DNA of 64,000 nt from Piedraia hortae CBS 480.64 (Eukaryota): assembly GCA_010093745.1 (NCBI GenBank), contig MU005967.1:62001-126000 (forward strand). The letters run 5' to 3'. Below the pieces are notes generated by a model. That model saw only the letters and a program-made list of their open reading frames with translations, ran no database searches and was not told where the DNA came from. This document shows, piece after piece, positions 45,583 to 56,224 of the stretch. The position numbers and the translations under genes were made by a program. Numbering within the stretch: the stretch's first letter is position 1; every line of letters begins with the position of its first letter.

Positions 45583-48500
45583 TTATCGTCCAACCTCCCC
45601 CAACAAACTCCCAACCATCTCCAAACCATAGTAACCAGCGACCTTCGTCAACACGTTCAATCTCCCCTCTAGGGAACTCTTCTCAACGGTAGGGACCCAT
45701 TCACCGGCACACGCACATCTAACCAAGAGCTCATTCGTCCTTACGTTCCCGCACCGCTCGCACTTTAAATCCTGCGTGATCCAGCTTGTTACAAGCCTCT
45801 GTATGTCGGACAGGAGACGTTCTTCGATGGAGAGGGGGCTGAAGGTGTGTGCGTTGCAGTTTTCGCAGAAGGGGGATAGGAGGGCAGTTTTTGGGTGGAA
45901 GGGTGGGAGGGCGGGCGGGGTATTATGGTGGATGGTGGTAGAATCTCCTCCCGCTCCTCCACCCCCACCACCAGACATTCCCCCTTCAACCCCCCCTCCA
46001 GCCCCCCCATCCCCCGAGGCTACCTCTCCAGTCAGCCCCCCATCCCTACAAAGATCCACATCGCGGGGGACACAACACTCCGGACAAACCAGTTCCCTAA
46101 TCACACACATCGTCGACGGATTGGCGAACCCCCCCTCGGGCGCAAACTCCCTAATCCCAAACAGCTGTAATAACTGCTTCCTCAGCACGCGCACCTCCAA
46201 TCCCGTAGTCTGATTTAACATGAGCACCTGCATGAGCATCTTAACCAACTCCAGCACTGGGTTCGTCAGGTTCAAATGCGAGCCTGGTAAGGACGGGAAG
46301 GTCCAATCCTCCGCCAGATCGGGATGCATCTGCTCCGTCTTCTGGCGCTTAAGTAACTGCGTAATAGCCTTGAGTAGAGGTTTGGAAAAAGGCTGCGAGA
46401 GGCCCGTTCCGGGACGGGTGGACTCCTCCCCCTCCTCCCCCTGTGGCTGATGTAGCGGGAGGGACGCTTTACGCGCATGCATGATGTTAATAAACTCCAC
46501 AACCCAGGTGCTGAACTGGGGTTGGAGGATGACAGGCAAAAAAGAAGCCATTTGCCAATGCATAATCGTTTCCAACGTCTGCTCTTCTTCGGATGTAATC
46601 TCCACACACCCTTTCCCGCCGTAGTTAAACTCGTCATACCAGATTAAATAGTCCCAGTACTCTGTTATGTTGAGGTCTAGGAAATGAAATGCAGGCCGCG
46701 TGGAGATTGTTTTGAGGATGTACTGGCTGTATGCATATGCGTTTCCGACTTCGGATTTGGAGGTTTGGAGGAGGATTCGACCCGAATTGGCGAATACGAT
46801 GTGGGACCCGAAACGACGGAAGGAGGATATTAGGTGTTGGAAGGCTTTGCGAGACATGACTTGGACGTAGTATTGGAGGTTGCGGTCGTAGAGGTGGGAA
46901 GAGGGACTTTCGATGTAGCGGAGGAGGTGTTGGACTAGGAGATCCGCCATGGCACTACCGGACCCGGTGCATGCTTCCTGCCACCAGCCCCGGACCATTT
47001 CCCGAAGGGCGTCGATGCAGGAGGGGGAGAAGGCGTTTACGGACGCGACGGCTGTGTCGTCGTCTGGGGGGTTGGAGGCTTCGCCTTCGGCGTCGTTGAG
47101 GACGGCGGAGGAGAGAATGGTGTTGATGGCGAGGTTTTTGACGTTGATGTCGATGCAGACGCTGGAGTAGGTGCCAGGGTTGTTGACGGTGGGGATGTCG
47201 ACGGCTTCGAGGTTGCCGAGGATGTCGTCCTTTTCGTGCCCGCCGTGGTCTGGCTTTGCGTCGTCTGACCACCAGAGCACGACTTTTTCCTGCTGCAGTT
47301 TCCTTGCATAGGCAATGTCGATTAGAAAGCGAGGATCATCGCCTTGGAGGTTGCAGAGGGGAATGTTGCCGTATGAAGCAAACGCCTGGAGATGCTGGAT
47401 CCAATGTCCTAGGTCGAGGTAGTGACCGATTAGCCGCTTCGCCACAACTGTCTGCCAACCCAGCGGCGGAAGCTGCTTATCCGCCTCTGTCGCTGTCAGC
47501 TGCAGGATGGGGTAGTTTTGCAGGCTGGGCAGGTGTTGCATCAACGCCTGGCTATGATTAGACCGCAGGACCATCATGGTGGCTGAAGTATCATCATCCC
47601 TCATCTTCTTCATCGCATCGTTGACTTCCTGATACGCCCGTCGTTCAGTCGTCACCTGGACCGTCTGAAAGTGAAGAGACGCTGGGTAATCAATCACATC
47701 CTGCTGACTTTGGCCCTCTTGCCTCTGTCTCAAAAGCTCCTCATACAAGCGATCAAGGTTGGGCATGCCCTGTTCTCCTCTTGCTCTGCTCAGCAACACA
47801 ATTTTCGCTTCCGGCTTGCTTGACGAGAACAGAGCAAAGACATTCCGCTCACCGGCCACAACATGATATAGAGCGAGATAATTCATCGCAGCTGAGGTCA
47901 TATATGGCTGTTTCGGAATCACAGACTTCAACGCGCTCAGATCAAAGCCCTGCTCCAGGCCTTTGCCAAGAACACCTTTCTGGCTCTCATCAAACGTGCA
48001 CACGCAGCCGAGATCAAGCATGGCCCTTATATTAAACGGGATGCGTCGCTCATACACCCCCTCGACAGAAGGATGATTGAAGAGCTTGCCCATATTATCT
48101 GCCTCGTGGACATAGACCTCTTCTTTCATGGTAAGCTTAAAGAGGTGCGTGGACGAATGTCCATTTGGCAGCGTCCAGTTGAGCACTTTCTCCACCTCGA
48201 CGTTGTCGACTTCAACGTCTGGCAGCTCCTCCTCTTTCAGATTCACAAAAATTTGTCTCGGCACTTGAATCTTCAGCTGATGAACCTTTTGGTCAATCAG
48301 GACAAAAGCTTTGACTTCCCCGGGTATTTCGCCCTCGCGGAGCTGCAGAATCTGCCAGTCTGCGCTGTAGACGGTGGCAGCCTGCTGGCGGAAAAGAGTG
48401 CCAATCCCGCTCGCATCATCAGCCCTCTTCTCGCCAAAAAGCTGTCGACGACGCTGGCGAGCTACCTTTTGCATGTTCCACTTTTGCTTCTGATATCGTA

Positions 48501-51500
48501 GCCAGCCTTGGTAGTCTTCCGTCATCGACGGCATCACAGACGGCAGGGCATCGAATAGGTTAACAGGCCCCGATGCAGCATCAGCTTTGCGTTTCTGCGA
48601 ATTGGCCGGTACGATTTTAGCCGCCGCCATTGGCTTGTGAAGCTTCGACACCTGTGTGCCACCAAAGTCCTCAATGTCGGTGGACCTGGGTAGGGTAGAG
48701 TTGGGATCCAACTCGGTCAGCGGCTTTTTGGCAAACATGTCCGTCATCTTCTGCTGCTTGAAGGTATCGTCCTTCATTCTGATGCGGCGGTCAAGCCAGT
48801 CTGGATGTGCAACCCTGGGGACCGGGTTACAAACCTTTTGCAGCGCCGCTGGTATGGTGATGAGCTTCTGGATAACAGACCCCAACCGTTCAAGGTAGTA
48901 GTTCCAGTCGATTGCACTGCGGGGGTCCATATCACCCGGATCCTCTTTCATCCACTTTCGCAGATAGTACCGCTTTACCGACTCTTCAGCAGAATAGATA
49001 GCAACGGGGATGGCACGCTCTGTTACAGGTGCGTTTTTCGGCCGGCCGGCAATGATATACTTGCAGTTAAGCCCCTTATCTTTGACCATTTGCTCGCCAA
49101 GAAACTCTGCCAGCCGTTTTGCAGTTGTGATTGCCGTACTCTTCTGCGCACCATACTCTTCCAGCGTCTTTGTCATCGACTTGTTCTCGCAGATGAGGTC
49201 GATAAGTTCTTCATCGGCTAGAGTCGCGCCCTTGCCATACAGCACATCAAGCCACTTGTTTGCGACTTTGGCAACACTCTCATACGTTTCCTCCAACGTC
49301 GAGCCCTCTAAGAAAAAGTTGAAGATCTGCTGCTGGAAAATTTTGATCAGCTTTAGCTCTCCTCTCCGCTTGACCTCGAAGCCTTTGAGCTCGGCCAGCG
49401 AGCCGTTATGGTTAAACACAGCATATCGTTTCTTCAAATTTTTATCCTCCTCTTTGGAAGTAGGCAAGATCATGGCCCTGTAGGGACCATCGACTTCGAA
49501 GAAGATGGTGTTATCGCTGTGGGCTTCGTACCGAAACGTAGCAGGATCAACCAAGGTTTGGTACTGATGGTTGGTAAAGCGAGCATGGACGAGGTGGTTC
49601 AGCATGACGCAGGGGTACGAAATGGTCATCTTCTTCCCATTTTGCAGGGTAAACGTAAAGTCTTCTGGAAAAGTCTTTGGGAGAATGCACCAGATACCGT
49701 CTGTGTCCAGCTCCAGCGGACGGCCGATGCGTTCGACAAGCTGACGAGCCATTTGGATGATGCGGGCACCGGTCAAGCAGGTCACGCCAGCCATTTCCAT
49801 GGAATACCAGCGAGAACCTTTGCGCATTACATAGCCGTAGAACGAGTTTAGGATGACCTTGTGGGCTAATTGCAACGAGTCGTAGAGAACAATCATCTTC
49901 TTGGCTTCATCGACCTCGTTCGCCGGGGCTCCGCTCTTCTCAAGGGCTGAAGCCTTTCCCTTCCAATCCTTTTGCTTGCCCTTGAAGTCATAGCGGCGGT
50001 CTCGAAAGTCCTTGACCGTGTCGACGTAGAAAGGGTTCTCCCGCTGACAGATTATAGCTTCTCGTTCAATCGTCCGAGCATCATGGATCTTGTGGTAGAT
50101 CTTCTTCGAGTACTCTGCGAGCCTCTTCTTGACCAGCGAAGCCTGCTCATCGATGCTGAGATCCTGAAACGATCGCGGTAGGGAATTGGCATATTTCCCA
50201 GGGAACTTTTCATTCTCCAGAGCATGTCTGATCATGTTGTATTCGCTCTTCTTGGCTGGCAAAAACTCTCCTCGCCATGCCCAAGGCATCCTCCGGTCAC
50301 ACGTCTTCCCTGGCCGGTTAAAGTCGCAGGCGGCACATACAGACTCATCAATCATGCTGTCAGGCTGCAGGCGGTTGGTAGTCATTATGTTGGGATACAT
50401 TGACGCAACGTCCAAATGGTAGATGGAAGGATTTTCATGCCTTTTTGGCTCTTCCTTGAGCTGCATCAAACGCTCAACAATCTGAGCCTTTACATCCTCG
50501 TAATTGGCAATATCCTCCATCTTTTTCTTTTCTTCAACCGTGATGCTAAAAGTCAAGGCCGCATCCAGATCATTTAACAGCTCATCCACAGCCGTCGTAT
50601 CGATCGAAAAATCACACGCAATATCGCTGCGGAAAACGCCAGCCTCGATAGACTCAACATGACCACCCACATAAGTCTCGGATTCCAAAAGATGACCTTC
50701 CCAGAACGCCTCCTGGGGTTGTTCATGCTTATTCGGCAGAACAATATTCTTCTGATACGCCTGCACCATAAGCAACATCTCACAAAGCGTTCCCGTTCCC
50801 TTTCTCAAAACATCATCCGGCCCCAGCGGGATAATCGTACAAAGCGAAAAGATAAACGGATGAACATATTTCATGTACAGGTAATACGTGGCCACGGCGT
50901 CGGAGACGGAGTATTCAGCCAGCACCTGGGGCCGTTCTGCAGCATACGGCGTCATCAGCTCGGGGTCAAGTTCATCGGGATCGTATCCCAACTTCGCCGT
51001 CGTAACCGCCTTGAGACCACGAGACCCCTGCGGAAGATACGAATCCCTATTCACCCACGCAAACGCATCCATATGCGCACAGTGTGTCGACTGGTAAACA
51101 TCCTCCGAGTTCTTCCTGAACCCAATCTCGCGGTACATATCAATTCCATGCACACACGCCCTGGCTTCGACAAAAGGCCAATCGAAAAAGTCACCGTTAT
51201 AGGTAACCATGATCGTCGGTTTGGCCTCCTTGATGCACTCAAAAAACTTGGTAATAACCCCCTCCTCATTGGGTTCATTAAAGACCACAAACGGGCCCTC
51301 AAACTCCGGCTTGGGCGTGTACTCAAAATCCGCAATATCTTCACTCACAATCTCCCTATTCGTGATCAAGAAACCCGTCCCATCAATCATATACGAAATC
51401 ATCATGATCTGATCGAAACTCGCATCGGGAAACTTCAACGGCAACTTCGTCGTCTCAATATCCCACGCCAGAACCACCGGATCAGCTCGCGTAAGCCTCT

Positions 51501-52281
51501 CTTCCAAACACTTGAGCTCAACCCTCCCATGTTTCGCTTGAACCTCATACCACTTTCCCACGCGGATATCCAAATCAATCGCCACGCGGACGTGGTAGGG
51601 GACATCATATTCCCTCAAATCAGAAATATACTCCCCCGCGTCAGCGACCCTTCTCTTGTCATCGAGATGCGCATCATCAAAGAGATCAACCCCCCCACCG
51701 CCGCCCCCAAGATCAGCATACACATCCTCAACCTTCCTGCGGGATTTATTCCTCTGCACCAGCGGCGCTATGACCCTCCTGACCGCCAACAAATCGTTCA
51801 CATTTTGGAATTCCAGCTTCAGCAAACCCCTTTTGTGGCCGAGGAGATGATTCGCCATCTTGAGATCCTCCTTCTCAACCCTCTCGATAGACTTCACGGA
51901 TCCCTCGAACTTCCTTTTCAGAAATTCCTCAACCTCCCCCTCCTTTCCCTTGGTAAGACCAACGAGAAAGTAGGGCGGATACTCAACAGTAGCTTTGAAA
52001 CTCTCCCCCTCCTCTTCCCCGAGGAAGTAGAAATCCACGCCCGCCCGCCCGAAGGGTGTCTTCCCATCTTCGATGGAGGTGGAGTGGAAGTTAATCAGCC
52101 AGCCCACACGGGGTTTTCGTCCGGAGTCGAAACGGGGGAAGCCCTGCGCTTCGTCGAGCGAGTGCGCGAGACGAACGGCTTCGGTTTTCTCGTCGCGGGA
52201 GGTTTGTTCGGAAGTGCGGAGGGAGGAAGTTGCAATTGTTCGGGGGGGGTTGGCGCCGAACTTCCTATTTCTTGATGCCAT
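45583..52281 (-). CDS. POL2: DNA polymerase epsilon catalytic subunit, intronless
   Basis: DIETTKLPLKFPD exonuclease motif, HLDVASMYPNIM, LNSFYGY, ELDTDGIW and C-terminal CysA/CysB; likely ATG at 52281. Confidence 0.98.
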   Translation of the reverse strand: MASRNRKFGANPPRTIATSSLRTSEQTSRDEKTEAVRLAHSLDEAQGFPRFDSGRKPRVGWLINFHSTSIEDGKTPFGRAGVDFYFLGEEEGESFKATVEYPPYFLVGLTKGKEGEVEEFLKRKFEGSVKSIERVEKEDLKMANHLLGHKRGLLKLEFQNVNDLLAVRRVIAPLVQRNKSRRKVEDVYADLGGGGGGVDLFDDAHLDDKRRVADAGEYISDLREYDVPYHVRVAIDLDIRVGKWYEVQAKHGRVELKCLEERLTRADPVVLAWDIETTKLPLKFPDASFDQIMMISYMIDGTGFLITNREIVSEDIADFEYTPKPEFEGPFVVFNEPNEEGVITKFFECIKEAKPTIMVTYNGDFFDWPFVEARACVHGIDMYREIGFRKNSEDVYQSTHCAHMDAFAWVNRDSYLPQGSRGLKAVTTAKLGYDPDELDPELMTPYAAERPQVLAEYSVSDAVATYYLYMKYVHPFIFSLCTIIPLGPDDVLRKGTGTLCEMLLMVQAYQKNIVLPNKHEQPQEAFWEGHLLESETYVGGHVESIEAGVFRSDIACDFSIDTTAVDELLNDLDAALTFSITVEEKKKMEDIANYEDVKAQIVERLMQLKEEPKRHENPSIYHLDVASMYPNIMTTNRLQPDSMIDESVCAACDFNRPGKTCDRRMPWAWRGEFLPAKKSEYNMIRHALENEKFPGKYANSLPRSFQDLSIDEQASLVKKRLAEYSKKIYHKIHDARTIEREAIICQRENPFYVDTVKDFRDRRYDFKGKQKDWKGKASALEKSGAPANEVDEAKKMIVLYDSLQLAHKVILNSFYGYVMRKGSRWYSMEMAGVTCLTGARIIQMARQLVERIGRPLELDTDGIWCILPKTFPEDFTFTLQNGKKMTISYPCVMLNHLVHARFTNHQYQTLVDPATFRYEAHSDNTIFFEVDGPYRAMILPTSKEEDKNLKKRYAVFNHNGSLAELKGFEVKRRGELKLIKIFQQQIFNFFLEGSTLEETYESVAKVANKWLDVLYGKGATLADEELIDLICENKSMTKTLEEYGAQKSTAITTAKRLAEFLGEQMVKDKGLNCKYIIAGRPKNAPVTERAIPVAIYSAEESVKRYYLRKWMKEDPGDMDPRSAIDWNYYLERLGSVIQKLITIPAALQKVCNPVPRVAHPDWLDRRIRMKDDTFKQQKMTDMFAKKPLTELDPNSTLPRSTDIEDFGGTQVSKLHKPMAAAKIVPANSQKRKADAASGPVNLFDALPSVMPSMTEDYQGWLRYQKQKWNMQKVARQRRRQLFGEKRADDASGIGTLFRQQAATVYSADWQILQLREGEIPGEVKAFVLIDQKVHQLKIQVPRQIFVNLKEEELPDVEVDNVEVEKVLNWTLPNGHSSTHLFKLTMKEEVYVHEADNMGKLFNHPSVEGVYERRIPFNIRAMLDLGCVCTFDESQKGVLGKGLEQGFDLSALKSVIPKQPYMTSAAMNYLALYHVVAGERNVFALFSSSKPEAKIVLLSRARGEQGMPNLDRLYEELLRQRQEGQSQQDVIDYPASLHFQTVQVTTERRAYQEVNDAMKKMRDDDTSATMMVLRSNHSQALMQHLPSLQNYPILQLTATEADKQLPPLGWQTVVAKRLIGHYLDLGHWIQHLQAFASYGNIPLCNLQGDDPRFLIDIAYARKLQQEKVVLWWSDDAKPDHGGHEKDDILGNLEAVDIPTVNNPGTYSSVCIDINVKNLAINTILSSAVLNDAEGEASNPPDDDTAVASVNAFSPSCIDALREMVRGWWQEACTGSGSAMADLLVQHLLRYIESPSSHLYDRNLQYYVQVMSRKAFQHLISSFRRFGSHIVFANSGRILLQTSKSEVGNAYAYSQYILKTISTRPAFHFLDLNITEYWDYLIWYDEFNYGGKGCVEITSEEEQTLETIMHWQMASFLPVILQPQFSTWVVEFINIMHARKASLPLHQPQGEEGEESTRPGTGLSQPFSKPLLKAITQLLKRQKTEQMHPDLAEDWTFPSLPGSHLNLTNPVLELVKMLMQVLMLNQTTGLEVRVLRKQLLQLFGIREFAPEGGFANPSTMCVIRELVCPECCVPRDVDLCRDGGLTGEVASGDGGAGGGVEGGMSGGGGGGAGGDSTTIHHNTPPALPPFHPKTALLSPFCENCNAHTFSPLSIEERLLSDIQRLVTSWITQDLKCERCGNVRTNELLVRCACAGEWVPTVEKSSLEGRLNVLTKVAGYYGLEMVGSLLGEVGR

Positions 52282-52341
52282 TTCAATCCATTCCTTCCCA
52301 CGGTCGATCAGAGGGAGATCGTAGGCGCACGCAGGCACTCT

Positions 52342-52370
52342 ACGCGCCTACACGCGACGCGAACGCGATA
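52342..52370. promoter_or_regulatory. Cluster of four MCB-like ACGCG cores upstream of POL2
   Basis: acgcgcctacacgcgacgcgaacgcga lies in the 156-bp POL2/COX20 divergent gap; MBF control of POL2 is known in yeasts. Confidence 0.6.
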
Positions 52371-52437
52371 GGCTAGCCTGATCGGTGCTAGCGTCGCGAC
52401 ATCACCTTACTCGAAACTCAAAGCGCTGGAGGTGGGA

Positions 52438-53302
52438 ATGACGGGAGAAGGAACAGATCCGTCGAAGACGGAGAATCTGGACCGAAAGTCCCTAACGGCT
52501 CATCCGGAGGATAGACCCTTTACCGGCTCGCAATGGCCCCCTAACCCCAAAGGATCCCTATCCCAAACCCCGGCGAGGCCTGAGAACGCAAACCTCATCC
52601 CCGGAGGGACCCAACACACTGCCGGCGGCTCCGCCTCCCCGCCAGAAGTCAACTGGACAAACGCCTTCCCGGGCGGAATTAAATGGAAAGACTTCGCCGA
52701 TCTGCCTAGACGACCATGCATGCGCGAGAGCTGGTTACAGGGTATTGGATGGGGGTTTGCGCTTGGTGGATTGAGGGCGATTTGGAGAGGTATGTTTATA
52801 CTCATCATTCTTCCATCCCCATCATCTTTCCTCTGGAGGAGAGGAAAGGTGGTATATCCTAAGGGGACTCCCGAGCGTCCACCCGGGATAATACCACCTT
52901 TGAATTTCCCCCCCCNNNNNNNNNNNNNNNNNNNNNNNNNNNNNNNNNNNTTCCCCTCCTCTCCCAACCCACTCCAATGCTAATGACTTGGCAGGATCAG
53001 TATGGACATCCTGCTGCTGGGCATCAGGCGGGTTCATCGGCATCTCTTCACTTTCGTACGTGTATTGCAAGTATAGACGAAACCGCGAAAAAGAGGGTAT
53101 GATGCGTGCTGTTGAGGTTTTAAATCGTAACGAACAGGGTGTCAATAGGAAGAGGGAAAAGGTTAGGGAGGAGAGGAGGGCGGAGAAAGAAAAGGAGTTG
53201 GATCGAAAATTCGCGGAGGTGAGGGAAAAATCCATAGAGGCGAGGGAGAAGGACGGAAGAGCAGAGACAAAAAGAGATAAAAAGGGCGGATGGTTCTGGT
53301 AA
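52438..53302 (+). CDS. COX20: Cytochrome c oxidase assembly protein Cox20; 2 exons, with an assembly gap in the intron
   Basis: PCMRESWLQGIGWGFALGGLR | GSVWTSCCWASGGF..YVYCKYRR..EGMMRAVE; intron 52790-52994 spans an N run. Confidence 0.85.
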
Positions 53303-53388
53303 TACATGTATGAATAATTCACTGTTCATACAATCCGCCGTGCGTACACGATACACCGTCCAAAACGCCAGACTCCACGACAGAGCGT

Positions 53389-54219
53389 CTACTGCTCAAA
53401 CCCAAATTTGCCCAAATCGGCTTGTTGTGCGTTGCCTCCGCGCATGCGTTCGTCGCCAGAGGTGTCCATGTGTTCGTTCACAATACGTTCAGCCTGCTCG
53501 GCGCCGCCCCGGCTTGATATGTCGCGTTTGCGGGCCGTATAGTCATTAGCATCAATCATGTGCGTGTCGTGTTTGACATCGCGAGCCGTTGGTGTTGTGG
53601 CTTTGACGACAGGCTGACGGGCCGGGGTGCGGGCTCCTTCGCCGAAGCCGACAAGACTGCCCTGGTCTTCCGACATGCCGCCAACAGACGACCCGTCGAG
53701 CTCCATGTCCTGACTCTCGCTCATCTTGTCTGCATCGCCGACCTCGCTGCCGGCCCACGTCGTGCGGCCGCCCACGCTGCCGGTAGCACTTGCACTACCA
53801 ACGGTGCTCCTCTCACGTATAATGGCAGGGTTCCCGCTGGAGTCAAAGTAGCTTTGTGCCGGTTGAGGCGGAGCAACGGCGCCGGGAGTAAGGCTAGATG
53901 GCGTCATGCTGCGTGTTGTCGACACCCGCTCCATCCCGGCCAGGCGGGAGATGCGATCCGCCCGTTCTGCGTCCAGCTGATTGTTCCGAGCGGATGACAG
54001 CGGCTGGTAGTGGTGCGGCAAATGTCCGCGGTGGCCGTCTTTGATCGCCACCATGGACAGCTCCGACATGGATGTGGTGGTGGAGTTGGGAGTTCCACTA
54101 CGAGCTCGTTAACGTGTCATTCTCACCCTCTCGGACAACGCTTACGGTGCATCGACCGGCGTCTGCATCTCGTTAGGCGGCGGAGGGAGGTTGATCAGCG
54201 TCGGCGGAGCTTTTGACAT
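53389..54219 (-). CDS. Conserved fungal low-complexity hypothetical protein; 2 exons
   Basis: ATG at 54219; intron 54145-54098 gives PPTLINLPPPP...PGTPNSTTTS..AIKDGHRG..ERADRISRLAGMERV..STVGSASATGSVGGRTTW. Confidence 0.75.
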
Positions 54220-54459
54220 GATTGCAGGTGGTGAATGAGATTGACCGAACAGCAACCCAAACCCAACTCCACATCGAGGCACCGGTGACGTCGTTCAGGG
54301 AAAATGTTTCCGGCTCGGCCCGGGCCACGTGTTGGCAATCACATGGCTGAGATGATTTGGAATGTCCAAGGTCATGCACTGGTACTGTATGATCACCAAA
54401 TCATACAGTTGTAATTAGGCTAGCCATCGTCTAGAGTAATGATACAGTTGACTGGTCAA

Positions 54460-55920
54460 TCAGTGTCGGTCATGTCGTAAGTCCACCAGCTCAAATTTCC
54501 ACCCAGGAGCCTCGATCACATGGCCCGGTTTAAAGGCACTTGTGTAGAGGTCTTTTTCATCGTGGAGATGGAACAGGCCGGGCTTGGTGCAGTTGAGAAT
54601 ATTAGGAAGTCCGTATGGGTCGGTTAACCGGAAGATCCCCCAGTCTGGTTTGTGTTGCGGTGCACACACAATGGCAATGGCTTCGGGCATCATGACCTGA
54701 TAGCCGCTCGAAGTGTGGAGGTCCCGACTACTGAGAAAGCAGGACTGCGATGGATGCGTATGGATCCACCCGCAGACCAACAGATTATTGCCGTCGCAGT
54801 ACTCGAACAGCGTCCTGTCTCCATCTGCCGTGGTATCACAGGTGTCAGATGTCGAAGTCTGATCTGGAATAACCAGATGCGAGATGAACAACGCATTGGA
54901 CACGATTGTACCACAGAGTATGCCACATGTCTCCAAGTCACGGCGGGTGTTGCGCTGTGCAAGATTGAGAAAAGTCGTGCGCAGGTCAGGTGGCAGAAGC
55001 ACGGGTCGGAGAGGAGCCCCACCTTCTGTAGAAGCCTTTGCCTTGATAGTATACTTTGCAAGTTCTTCCGGCTTCGGCGCCATGGGTGGCAGGCTAATCT
55101 TAGGTGGTCGAGCGGGAGCACTATGATCAGGCTCTTTGGGGGGAACCAAAGGGAGACCTTCACTTGAAACTGCATTGGACTTACCCCGTACCAATGATGG
55201 CTTGAAGTCATTAGGCTCTGCTTTCTTGGGCACTGCAGGGTAGTGGTATGCTGGTGAATATGGTATTGAAGCCTTCCTTGCTGACTGTGAGCCACGGGTT
55301 TGCGCCTGATGTTTGGCGTAAAGAAGTTTCCCTAGATCTTGCAAGTGGTGGGTTTTCTGGTTAGACGACAACCTGTCGGACTCTGTTTTGCTCTTCTTCG
55401 ACAAATCAGGTCTAATGTCATCGTCAGACGACGACCGCTTAGATGACTCGGGGCTAGGTGCCAAGTCTATGGAGAAATCGTATCCCGTATCTTCTGGCTG
55501 CTCGATTCGACGGCCATTGGACTTGGATGGGGTCCTGCTATCTCTCCGAGCTTGTTCCTGTTGTCTCCGTTCGAGAGCACGTCTATAATTTTCGTAATTC
55601 TGCGTAATCAAGACCTTCCACTGATCCAAATTGTCAATGTTTTCTCTCACTGCCTGGTGAGCCAACGCAAGATCGTGGCGATGTTCGGGTTTCCTAAAGT
55701 CTGGATGCTGCGGCAACTTTTGCAAAACCAGCTCGCCGTGGCGAATCAGGTACATGTATGCCATTGAAATGTTGCCATCTTGCTCACAGAGAGTTGCCTC
55801 TCTAATCAACAGTTTGGCGATGCGGAGCCAATGCTCAAACGGTATCCGATTACTAAAGGGAAAGTCTACAGCGCGGCTGCTGATTTCCCTTATACTGAGC
55901 GGCCTGTCGATGGAGGCCAT
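54460..55920 (-). CDS. AMSH: AMSH/STAMBP-like JAMM deubiquitinase
   Basis: N-terminal USP8-dimer/MIT region; ETCGILCG and GWIHTHPSQSCFLSSRDLHT JAMM motif; likely ATG at 55920. Confidence 0.93.
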   Translation of the reverse strand: MASIDRPLSIREISSRAVDFPFSNRIPFEHWLRIAKLLIREATLCEQDGNISMAYMYLIRHGELVLQKLPQHPDFRKPEHRHDLALAHQAVRENIDNLDQWKVLITQNYENYRRALERRQQEQARRDSRTPSKSNGRRIEQPEDTGYDFSIDLAPSPESSKRSSSDDDIRPDLSKKSKTESDRLSSNQKTHHLQDLGKLLYAKHQAQTRGSQSARKASIPYSPAYHYPAVPKKAEPNDFKPSLVRGKSNAVSSEGLPLVPPKEPDHSAPARPPKISLPPMAPKPEELAKYTIKAKASTEGGAPLRPVLLPPDLRTTFLNLAQRNTRRDLETCGILCGTIVSNALFISHLVIPDQTSTSDTCDTTADGDRTLFEYCDGNNLLVCGWIHTHPSQSCFLSSRDLHTSSGYQVMMPEAIAIVCAPQHKPDWGIFRLTDPYGLPNILNCTKPGLFHLHDEKDLYTSAFKPGHVIEAPGWKFELVDLRHDRH

Positions 55921-56224
55921 GATGGCCCTCGACCAGGCGGTCTGGAAGATCTCAAAGAGTCCAATCTGTCCGCAATGCGCTAATTGTTTGCCTGACGATA
56001 AGTCTCTCACCGGAGGCGTTCGGTTCACACTTTGCGGCAATTAAAACGCCGGTTAATCAGCGCTGTTTATTCTCAGGTTCAAGTCTCAGGGTATGTGCAA
56101 TGGAAACCCAAGTGACTGCGACTGGAGGTTGCCTTGTGCTTACGTAATCCTAGTTTTGTCGGAGGGTTTCTCACAGAGACGCTGATCGAAGACGGGGCCG
56201 GTACTTGAGAAGGCAAACCCACAC

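Noticed and set aside
50659..52275. 538-aa antisense ORF over POL2
   Set aside because: Shadow ORF of a conserved gene with no domain-like content.
52916..52950. N run in the COX20 intron
   Set aside because: Assembly gap beside a poly-C tract; the intron length cannot be interpreted.
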